Counted from the first letter of the stretch, positions 9,414 through 19,114 are shown. The stretch is 32,000 nucleotides of DNA from Candidatus Velamenicoccus archaeovorus (GCF_004102945.1 NZ_CP019384.1:630001-662000); one strand, 5' to 3'. Made by a program: numbers and translations. Notes: generated by a model from the sequence alone, not told the origin.

Positions 9414-9701
9414 GTCTCCTTTCTGTTTGTTTTCGCTTTTCTAACCTTAAGCCCTGATTTTCGTCAATAAAATCACGAAAATAATTCGTCTCCGCTTTTG
9501 TGGTTTGCCTCAAAAGCGGCTTCGCCCCTTCGGGGAGTCCTCAATTTTTTTCGTGACCCAGGAAGACTCTCTCACTTCATCCGTCGTTCGTTCGTCTTCG
9601 GGCATACCTGTTTTTTTTGACCAAAACCGCCGGTTGTGGTCTGCCTCAACCGGCTTCAGGAGCTTAGGTCAAGACTTTTTCAGCGAAAACAGAAAGGAGA
9701 C
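9414..9701 (+). ncRNA. Structured module B (288 nt), paralogue of module A, upstream of the 94-aa ORF
   Basis: GTCTCCTTTCTGTTT (9414-9428) is the exact reverse complement of AAACAGAAAGGAGAC (9687-9701), which contains the SD. Hairpins at 9492-9519 (loop TGGTTTGCCT) and 9629-9654 (loop TGGTCTGCCT). A block of about 90 nt (9458-9548) is nearly identical to 8691-8779. Confidence 0.5.
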
Positions 9702-9707
9702 CAAGCC

Positions 9708-9992
9708 ATGAAAAACATGAACAAAAAAGAAAACGAGCAAAAATTCGACGAAGGGGTGTTGAGGGCTGACGGCTGCATGATGAGGCATAACCAGTCGCGT
9801 CAGGCAGAATTCCGTACGCAGGAAGAGGATTTTCCTGAGCATTCTTTCGGTAAGTCCGCGTACTGGGAAGAAAGAAGACTGCTTAACCGCGTCCATACGC
9901 TCAAGGCCATGGGTTTCAAGATCAGGCCTGAACAGACGCTCGAAGAGTTCGTCCAGGCGCATGAGGACGCGTTCACCGAGGACGTCCTATGA
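9708..9992 (+). CDS. Hypothetical protein (94 aa)
   Basis: The ATG at 9708 follows GAAAGGAGA. It is the first gene after module B and is coupled to the next ORF (ATGA overlap). No recognisable domain. Confidence 0.55.
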   Translation: MKNMNKKENEQKFDEGVLRADGCMMRHNQSRQAEFRTQEEDFPEHSFGKSAYWEERRLLNRVHTLKAMGFKIRPEQTLEEFVQAHEDAFTEDVL

Positions 9993-10171
9993 AGGTATCG
10001 GAGTTTCCCGAAAGCTTGAGGAAGATCATCTTGTCCAGCGTGGATGAGATGAATTTAGAGCAAGAAGTGACAATGGCGCAAGTGAGTATTTCCTTTCATG
10101 TGGGCCAGGAGATCCACGTTGAAGACTGGGAATACAAGGCAGGCGGCAGAGAAGGAGGAGTCAGATGTTGA
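9989..10171 (+). CDS. Hypothetical small protein (60 aa)
   Basis: Its start and stop overlap the neighbouring genes in an operon-like arrangement. No recognisable motif. Confidence 0.4.
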   Translation: MKVSEFPESLRKIILSSVDEMNLEQEVTMAQVSISFHVGQEIHVEDWEYKAGGREGGVRC

Positions 10172-10506
10172 CGGAAAGCGGGTTACGGCAATTCACAGGC
10201 ACGACGCAATGGTTCAGGCACTTGAGCGGCTATCTTTATACGGACGGCGTGCAATATGTGGCTGAACAAGGCGGCGCCTACTGGCTTTTGGACAAAATCC
10301 TGTTCATAACCCGGGCAAAGGCGAGGCTGCAGGAGTTCGGCGTCTGGAAACTGTCCGTGCGCGAAGACCATACAGCTCAGCTTGTCTGCGAAGACGGCAA
10401 CTATCACAAGCTCTACGATGAAAAGATCGACTGGACGGATTTTCCGCTCAAGAAGATCGAGCTGTGGTTTGAAAACGGCGTCCTGATACTGCCGAGCGAA
10501 CACTAA
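10165..10506 (+). CDS. DUF6876-like protein (a family seen on conjugative elements)
   Basis: 113 aa. FTGTTQWFRH...YLYTDGVQYVAEQGGAYWLLDKI matches my memory of DUF6876. Confidence 0.5.
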   Translation: MLTESGLRQFTGTTQWFRHLSGYLYTDGVQYVAEQGGAYWLLDKILFITRAKARLQEFGVWKLSVREDHTAQLVCEDGNYHKLYDEKIDWTDFPLKKIELWFENGVLILPSEH

Positions 10507-10529
10507 ATCAAAGGGAGGAGGTGAATGCT

Positions 10530-10760
10530 ATGCAATTAAACGATCTAAATGGGAAAACCACCATCAAGGTCGCAGGAGAGGAGGTCAGCGTCAATGCTTC
10601 TGATTCTGTCAAGGACACCTTAAAAAGGCTCCTTGAAGAGAAGGGCATTGATTCCTTCACGATCCTGGTTGACGGCGCTGAGGTGGCCTCAACGAGTGAT
10701 CTGCCTGAAACCTTCGCGGATCACGAAATCGAAGTGCAAAGATACGTCAAGGCAGGCTAA
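10530..10760 (+). CDS. Small ubiquitin-like beta-grasp protein ending in ...VKAG (PRTRC protein C / Prok_Ub-like)
   Basis: 76 aa from the ATG at 10530 (GGGAGGAGG RBS; the track starts at GTG 10521). It has a C-terminal glycine. Its size and position directly upstream of the E2-like, E1 and JAB genes fit a Ubl. Confidence 0.6.
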   Translation: MQLNDLNGKTTIKVAGEEVSVNASDSVKDTLKRLLEEKGIDSFTILVDGAEVASTSDLPETFADHEIEVQRYVKAG

Positions 10761-10777
10761 AGAAAGGAGAAAAACGC

Positions 10778-10814
10778 GGGAAAGAGGGGAGAGGTTCCCC
10801 TCTTTCCCTATTTT
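10778..10814 (+). terminator. Strong hairpin plus T-tract between the Ubl and E2-like genes (intra-operon terminator or attenuator)
   Basis: GGGAAAGAGGGGA (10778-10790) pairs perfectly with TCCCCTCTTTCCC (10796-10808) across the loop GAGGT. TATTTT follows. Confidence 0.6.
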
Positions 10815-10824
10815 AGAGGTCAAA

Positions 10825-11427
10825 ATGATTGATGAGAAGCTAATCCACAACGCAAGGCCGGCGTCCAAGATCGTAGAAAGTATTGACGAATCCTGGCGCC
10901 AATTTGTCGAGGACTTGAAAGAACAGACGTTCAAGATTCCCTTTAAGGGAAACTACAGGTGTTGTGTTAAAGATGGCTTTTTCCACGTTGAAGCCTACGT
11001 GGGCCTTCTTGTGATCGACAAGCTCTACGATGGCCACAATACCTATCTGCTCAAGACCCCTATTAAGCATGAGCCTTTTACGCTCTACGGCGAGTATGAC
11101 CAGACAGGCGACTTTCGCGATTTTGTTTCGGATCCTGAAATCGGCTGCCACTATCTAGCCATGAGCGATATGGACGCCGGCCGCAAGATCTGCACAGGAG
11201 ATATCCAGATCAACAATGCGAGCCTGAATTCGCTTGAAGCGCTCAAGGCCATGGCGCTTGAAGTCATCAAGTCTTTCAGGCTCATTAACCTGACGTCCTT
11301 GGGCACCGTGATATTGCCGGAGGAGCATTCTGCTCTCAGAGATGTCTTATCCGATAAGTCCAAGGACACGGACACAAAGACAAAGAGCCTCCTGGACGCC
11401 GGGTTAATTGAACCTCTATTAACATAG
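10825..11427 (+). CDS. E2-like (UBC-fold) protein candidate (PRTRC protein B-like)
   Basis: 200 aa from the ATG at 10825; the track ORF 10633 start overlaps the Ubl gene and the hairpin. GRKICTGDIQ resembles the E2 active-site G-x-ICLDIL context. It lies between the Ubl and E1 genes. Confidence 0.5.
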   Translation: MIDEKLIHNARPASKIVESIDESWRQFVEDLKEQTFKIPFKGNYRCCVKDGFFHVEAYVGLLVIDKLYDGHNTYLLKTPIKHEPFTLYGEYDQTGDFRDFVSDPEIGCHYLAMSDMDAGRKICTGDIQINNASLNSLEALKAMALEVIKSFRLINLTSLGTVILPEEHSALRDVLSDKSKDTDTKTKSLLDAGLIEPLLT

Positions 11428-11438
11428 GAGAAGAATCA

Positions 11439-12383
11439 ATGCCTCAAGGAGCCATTTATTCGCGTCAGGAGTTGATCGACCAATTGGACATACCGCAAAT
11501 CGCCACAGTCGTAGGATGCGGCGGGACAGGGTTCTGGACCGCGGTGTTTCTGGCGATGAGCGGGGTTGAAGAATTAGTCCTGATCGACCGCGATATCATC
11601 GAGATATCCAATCTGAACAGGCTGCTTTTGGAAGAGCGGCATGTGGGAAAGAAAAAGATCGAGGTTTTAAAAGAGGTCCTTTCAGATATCAGGAAATCTA
11701 CGCGGATCGAAATCCACGATATGCGCATCGAAAAATCTCCGGACTGTCAGGTTCTGCGCGGCAAGATATTCTGTTGCACGGACAATTTGAAAAGCCAACA
11801 GCTCATCTGCGCTTACTGTAAAAAGAACGATTTAATCTACCAGAGAATAGGCTATGACGGCACGATTTTGAACGTTTCCAGGGCTTTTCCCTTGTCTTTT
11901 GAAGAGACGGAAGAACGGCAGGGTTATACGTTTACACCTTCCTGGGTTGTTCCTGCGGTATTGGCAGCAGCGGCCGGCGTTGCCTCGGTCCTGTATAAGC
12001 ACCTGTCCTTGATGGAAGATTTGGGCAAGCTGCACATACAGCATTCTTCCTTTGTTCCTGAGAAGATTCTGGATGAAGCCAAGCAGGAGCATGAAGATTA
12101 CATCACGGATCACATTGATGATTATCTTCCAAGCGGTTACGGCTATTGCGACGACTGCACCCACTGCGATGACTGCAACAGGGTGGATCCGGAAGATCAT
12201 TGTTCAGATTGCGATAAGGAATATACCCAGGCCGATCTTGACGAAAAGATCGCCGAAGAAAAAGAAGAATGGCTGAAAGAAACGATCGAGGAGATCAAAT
12301 CAGGCAAGGTCTCCAGCGAAGAGTTAAAAGAAGCCTTAAAGCAATGGCTAAAAGCCGCCAAAAGGAGGTCTAAAAATGAATAA
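11439..12383 (+). CDS. ThiF/MoeB/E1-family adenylyltransferase with a Cys/Asp-rich C-terminal tail
   Basis: VVGCGGTGFWTAVFLAMSGVEELVLIDRDIIEISNLNRLLL is the E1 Rossmann/adenylation signature. The C-terminal CDDCTHCDDC...HCSDC cluster is a likely zinc site. Confidence 0.85.
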   Translation: MPQGAIYSRQELIDQLDIPQIATVVGCGGTGFWTAVFLAMSGVEELVLIDRDIIEISNLNRLLLEERHVGKKKIEVLKEVLSDIRKSTRIEIHDMRIEKSPDCQVLRGKIFCCTDNLKSQQLICAYCKKNDLIYQRIGYDGTILNVSRAFPLSFEETEERQGYTFTPSWVVPAVLAAAAGVASVLYKHLSLMEDLGKLHIQHSSFVPEKILDEAKQEHEDYITDHIDDYLPSGYGYCDDCTHCDDCNRVDPEDHCSDCDKEYTQADLDEKIAEEKEEWLKETIEEIKSGKVSSEELKEALKQWLKAAKRRSKNE

Positions 12384-13080
12384 TATCCAAAACAACGTCA
12401 GCAATATCTTGAATGTCAGTATCAAGAATTATACGGATTGCGGCTGGTGCTTGGATAAGGCCAACGAAGAGATCTTGAATATTCCCTGGTCCATCTGGAG
12501 CCAGTGGCTGTTTATGTCCCAAAGGATGGGCAAAAAAGAGTGGGGAGCGATATTTTGGGTCAAGGATAACACCGTCACCGGCTTTAAGATTCCCAAGCAG
12601 GAGGTCAATGCGGTTGAGTGCGCTTTCAAGGAAGAATTGGGCGGGGACGGAATTATCCATTCCCACCACGACATGGGCGCTTTTCATTCAAGCCAGGATG
12701 ACGCCCACGCGCGCAATCTTTATCGGTATTCAATAGTCCTTTCTAATTCCGATGGAAGCATCTGTACAAAAAAACTTAAGCTGCCCTGCGGTTCTTTCGG
12801 TTACGTCCAGGTGCGGCTCGGCATCATTGATCTGCCGAAAATTGATTTGGCAAAAATCGGCGAGAAAAAGAGAGAATTGATCTCGGAGCAACCCGAAGAG
12901 GAATTATTCCGGCAGGCTCGATATGACGAGTTGCAAATGCAGTGCGAAGAATGCGTAAGGTCTGATTGCCATGGTTGCGAGATTTTTCTTGCTATGCAGG
13001 AAATAGAAGCCGGAATGTTCGGGACCGGATTTGATGGATTCCAGAGACAGACACGGGAAGAGCCGAAATGTGGTCGATAG
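12376..13080 (+). CDS. JAB/MPN (JAMM) metalloisopeptidase (PRTRC protein A / BilD-like)
   Basis: HSHHDMGAFHSSQDD fits the JAMM motif HxHx7Sx2D exactly. RBS AAAGGAGG. The start overlaps the E1 stop. There is a C-terminal CxxCx4CxxC cluster. Confidence 0.85.
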   Translation: MNNIQNNVSNILNVSIKNYTDCGWCLDKANEEILNIPWSIWSQWLFMSQRMGKKEWGAIFWVKDNTVTGFKIPKQEVNAVECAFKEELGGDGIIHSHHDMGAFHSSQDDAHARNLYRYSIVLSNSDGSICTKKLKLPCGSFGYVQVRLGIIDLPKIDLAKIGEKKRELISEQPEEELFRQARYDELQMQCEECVRSDCHGCEIFLAMQEIEAGMFGTGFDGFQRQTREEPKCGR

Positions 13081-13338
13081 GGGATTTGGTTGATCCTTGG
13101 GATTCCGTCAAAGCCAAGGAAAAGTGGTTTTATATCTCTATAGCCCCATGGGGTATTGATGATGTGTCGAAAAGCGCCTCATCATGAAATTGGTCGATTT
13201 TTTTGTGATGATGGCGCAGGGGGCGATCTTAAGCGGACTTTTCCGTCGAGAAAAATGATCATTAGGAACGTCGGGAAAAAATCAGGCCAAAAATAAGTCC
13301 TTGATTTCTTTGGAGAAATATGTTATCCGTTACTCATC

Positions 13339-14124
13339 ATGGAGAAAGTTTTCATTTTCGATGAGGACATCAAAACACGGTCTTTCCTTTATGAGCTGAT
13401 TTCGGAACTGGGCTGGAGCGTGCACACGGTCGCCTCCGGCTCCGTGATCCTTGATTTGCTGAAGAACGAGCGCCCCGCCTTGATCATCCTCGCCGAGCAG
13501 GAGGGGGAGTTCTGCGGTTTTTCCCTTGTCAAGAAGATCCGCACATTCGATAAAGACGTAAAGATCATCGTTTTATTCAATTCCGCCTCCGGCCCCGGCC
13601 GGGATCCGGGTTTAGTCTCAAGAGAAGCAGATATCAGCACCTATCTTCCCAAGGATTTCCAGGATCCGCGCATCATTAAAGAAATTATCTCCGTCCTCAA
13701 TCAACAAATCTATATCAAGCCTGAAGGCATGACGATCCGCGGGAATATCCTCGTTGTCGATGATGAAATAGAAGGCAGGGAGACGGTGGCAGGTTTCTTG
13801 CGCAGGAGGGGTTTTGGCGCGGATACCGCCTTAAGCGGCGAAGAATGCGTAGAAATGATCAAACAAAAACCATATGATCTTGTTCTTCTTGATATTTCAT
13901 TGGCGGGCATGGACGGCCTGTTGACCCTCAAGCGGATCAGGGAGGTCAATGCGAACGTCAAGGTGATCATGAGCACGGGCCTCGCCAATCCTGACCTCGT
14001 TGAGCAGGCGAAGTCTCTTGGGGCGGATGATTATCTGGTGAAGCCTTTTAATTTCGGCAGCCTGGAAGCTTCTTTGATTGCTTTGCTGATCAGCAAAAAA
14101 AGGCAAAGCCAAGATGGTGTATGA
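13339..14124 (+). CDS. Stand-alone response regulator with two receiver domains (the first looks like a pseudo-receiver)
   Basis: The second domain is ILVVDDE...DLVLLDISLAGMDG...KVIMSTG...DYLVKPF. The first domain has ALIILAEQEG where the phospho-acceptor Asp is expected. Confidence 0.85.
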   Translation: MEKVFIFDEDIKTRSFLYELISELGWSVHTVASGSVILDLLKNERPALIILAEQEGEFCGFSLVKKIRTFDKDVKIIVLFNSASGPGRDPGLVSREADISTYLPKDFQDPRIIKEIISVLNQQIYIKPEGMTIRGNILVVDDEIEGRETVAGFLRRRGFGADTALSGEECVEMIKQKPYDLVLLDISLAGMDGLLTLKRIREVNANVKVIMSTGLANPDLVEQAKSLGADDYLVKPFNFGSLEASLIALLISKKRQSQDGV

Positions 14125-14177
14125 CATAACCCACTACGAGTATTCCAGTATTCCAGAGCCGAGCTCTTCCAGTATTC

Positions 14178-14212
14178 CAGAGCCGAGCTCTGGAGAGCTC
14201 GGCTCTGTTTAA
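14178..14212 (+). terminator. Intrinsic terminator after the response-regulator gene
   Basis: CAGAGCCGAGCTC-TGGA-GAGCTCGGCTCTG forms a perfect 13-bp stem, followed by TTTAA. Confidence 0.65.
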
Positions 14213-14291
14213 GCCTCAAAGGAGCGATCGTGAATAAGAAGACTTTTAATCTCATTGGGTTTAAGCGGGGGTTCATTTAAGTGGGGACTCA

Positions 14292-14319
14292 TTGACAAAT
14301 ATATTGAAAGGTGTATATT
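14292..14319 (+). promoter_or_regulatory. Candidate sigma70 promoter of the fic gene (TTGACA-N16-TATATT; further TATAAT boxes at 14325 and 14335)
   Basis: Hexamers read directly from the sequence about 70 nt upstream of the ATG at 14389. Confidence 0.45.
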
Positions 14320-14388
14320 TGGTATATAATCTGATATAATCTCATATAGTTGAAATACGAGTTTAACTTGAGAATCACGGGAGTCCTT

Positions 14389-15441
14389 ATGCCAAATGCC
14401 TTTAACCAAAGGTTGGAGAATCTCCCACCGGAAATCTGGTCAAAAATCACCAAGATAGAAGAATTAAAAGGCCAATGGATTATAGGCGCGCGCTTAAGCC
14501 CTCAGGTCCTAGGGCGCCTCAAAAGATCGGTTCTGGTTACCTCAACCGGTGCTTCCACGCGTATCGAAGGATCCAGGCTTTCTGATGAAGACATAGAAAA
14601 GCTTATGCGCGGGATCTCAATACAGAAATTTGCCGACCGCGACAAGCAGGAAGTAAAAGGATACTATGAATTGCTCCAGAATGTCTTTGACTCTTGGAAG
14701 CACATCCGTTTTTCCGAAAATACAACCAAGCATTTCCATAAAGAGCTCTTAAAATACGTCCAAAAAGACAGACTTCATCGGGGTGAGTATAAAAAAACCG
14801 AGAATAGAGTCCATATGGTTGATACGCAAGGGAAGTCTGTCGCCGTTCTTTTTGATACCACGCCGGCATACCTTACGCCCAAAGAAATGCAGGAGTTAGT
14901 CGAGGCGGCGCAAAATGCCTTTAAAGAAAATAAATATCCTCCTTTGTTGATTATAGGGAATTTTTTGGTTGAGTTCTTAAAAATTCATCCGTTCCAAGAC
15001 GGCAACGGGCGCATTTCGCGCATCCTTACGAATCTGCTTTTATTGCAGGCCGGTTATCAGTATATGCCTTATGTCTCGCACGAAAAGTTAATAGAAGACA
15101 ACAAAGCCGACTACTATCTGGCGTTAAGAAAAAGCCAGAAAACCTTAAAGACCAAGCCCAATATCGTCCCTTGGCTAGATTTCTTCCTTTCGCTGGTTTA
15201 TAAGCAGTCTCAAATGGCAGTTGAACTATTGTCTAAGGAAAACATTGAAAAATTGCTGTCGCCTAAACAAATCGCTGTTTGGGAATTTTTACAGACGGTT
15301 GCTGAAGCATCGCCGAAAGATATCTCGAAGAACGCCAAAGTTGCCCAGCCCACGGTAGCCCAGGCCTTGGATAAGCTAATTCGCCTTAAAAAAGTTGAGC
15401 GCATTGGACTCGGGAGGAGCACAAGATACCGAAAGATTTAG
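14389..15441 (+). CDS. Fic/DOC-family protein with a C-terminal winged-helix domain
   Basis: Contains the Fic motif HPFQDGNGRISR. The ATG at 14389 (MPNAFNQ...) is preferred over the track's TTG at 14350. Confidence 0.9.
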   Translation: MPNAFNQRLENLPPEIWSKITKIEELKGQWIIGARLSPQVLGRLKRSVLVTSTGASTRIEGSRLSDEDIEKLMRGISIQKFADRDKQEVKGYYELLQNVFDSWKHIRFSENTTKHFHKELLKYVQKDRLHRGEYKKTENRVHMVDTQGKSVAVLFDTTPAYLTPKEMQELVEAAQNAFKENKYPPLLIIGNFLVEFLKIHPFQDGNGRISRILTNLLLLQAGYQYMPYVSHEKLIEDNKADYYLALRKSQKTLKTKPNIVPWLDFFLSLVYKQSQMAVELLSKENIEKLLSPKQIAVWEFLQTVAEASPKDISKNAKVAQPTVAQALDKLIRLKKVERIGLGRSTRYRKI

Positions 15442-15499
15442 GACGAAATAAATGATTTTTGTTCTTGAGGGAAACAAAGACTGGGTATTTTGAATAAAT

Positions 15500-15541
15500 G
15501 CAGGCCTCTGCGGGAGTTATCGGCAGAGGCCTGCTTTTTTT
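15500..15541 (+). terminator. Intrinsic terminator after fic
   Basis: GCAGGCCTCTGC / GCAGAGGCCTGC forms a 12-bp stem, followed by T7. Confidence 0.85.
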
Positions 15542-15969
15542 AGAAAGAAATTCATGCTTTATGAAGACGCGGGGAACTCAATTTCTGATTTTTTGAATAG
15601 AGTAGAATGTGCAAGGCAAACGAGTATTAATACCCATTGCTATCTGGCGTTCGTGTGTTGTATATTTATGCTGGATACAGGCAGCCGTTGAAGGCGAAAA
15701 ACATCGAAGTTGCTATAATGTATTGAAAAACAATAAGTTATAGTTCTAAATAAATAAGTAGTGAGTTTGTTCAGCGGCTTGGTTTGATAAATGAAACACT
15801 CGGCGTTGTCAAGCACAAAGCAAAAAATAAGGGCTCAACAGGGCGAGAAAATCGGCCCCATGACATAAAAAAGTAAAAGTTTGTTTTGAAAATGCATAAA
15901 AACCTGTTCTAAAATTTTTAAAAAATCTTGATTTTTTTTCTCAACGTGTTATTTTGAAAACAAAGCCGC

Positions 15970-18585
<2,616 letters not shown>

Positions 18586-18610
18586 ACCGGATGTAAAAAA
18601 AGGGAGAATA

Positions 18611-18976
18611 ATGGTCGACAATGCGAAGAATTCCAAGGCTTATGAATCGGCATTTGATACGGCGATGGAAGTATTTTGGCTGACTAAAGAATATCCCAAG
18701 GAAGAGTTGTGTTCGTTGGCGGATCAGCTCAGAACGGCTTCCAGGTCTGTGGCGGTCAGCATAAGAGAGGGTCTCGTAAAAAAGCCGCATTACAGGGATA
18801 TTTTTGTAAGGCATGTGATCGATGCTTTGGGTTTTTGTGAAGAGACAAAAACGTGGCTTGATTTTTCCTTCGAGTGCAGATATCTGGGGCGGGATAAATA
18901 CGGCGAGTTGTCCAGGAAATACGACGAGATAAGGATCATGCTGTATCAATCCCTCGGCAGGAATCCTCGGCTTTAA
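18611..18976 (+). CDS. Four-helix-bundle protein (23S rRNA intervening-sequence protein family)
   Basis: From the ATG at 18611: AYESAFDTAMEVFWLTKEYPKEELCSLADQLRTASRSVAVSIREG... This is the typical family pattern (fPkeE..L..QlrRA..Si..NIaEG). Confidence 0.75.
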   Translation: MVDNAKNSKAYESAFDTAMEVFWLTKEYPKEELCSLADQLRTASRSVAVSIREGLVKKPHYRDIFVRHVIDALGFCEETKTWLDFSFECRYLGRDKYGELSRKYDEIRIMLYQSLGRNPRL

Positions 18977-19114
18977 AGCCGAGGAGAAATGCGGTATTGC
19001 CTCGGGAGGGAACCCCCAGGGGATTCCACTTGGTCAAAAATTGGAAGAAATGGTGAAGGCGTGATCCGGCAGGGAGCTCCGGAGATACGAAAAACAACTC
19101 AAGGAACGAAAGAC

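Noticed and set aside
8416-9513. Three minus-strand ORFs starting MRQTT... (8416..8745, 8696..8881 and 9229..9513).
   Set aside because: Their shared N-termini are simply the reverse complement of the conserved hairpin loop and stem (AGGCAGACCA). They have no RBS. They are artefacts of the repeated structured element.
8724-9654. Whether the four conserved repeats form a CRISPR array.
   Set aside because: The conserved part is only about 16 nt and sits within hairpins whose stems differ. The spacing is irregular (137, 631 and 137 nt between hairpin starts). A protein-coding gene lies between pairs. No cas genes are present.
8648-9701. Whether the modules are retron msr/msd RNAs, given their flanking inverted repeats.
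   Set aside because: No reverse transcriptase is adjacent. The only RT (21515) is 12 kb away and has its own TR/VR system with DGR hallmarks.
10745-10760. Partial similarity of the Ubl gene's 3' end (AAGGCAGGCTAA) to the complement of the conserved hairpin loop (AGGCAGACCA).
   Set aside because: Only about 8 of 10 positions match, and there is no supporting covariation. It is probably chance.
10633-10824. The upstream extension of the E2-like ORF (track start 10633).
   Set aside because: It overlaps the Ubl gene in another frame and runs through the 13-bp terminator-like hairpin. The ATG at 10825, just past that hairpin, clears both.
18989-19114. The upstream extension of DGR target 1 (track start 18989).
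   Set aside because: It would add 42 non-hydrophobic residues ahead of the signal-peptide-like segment and would nearly abut the previous gene. The ATG at 19115 is more plausible, though the true start remains uncertain.
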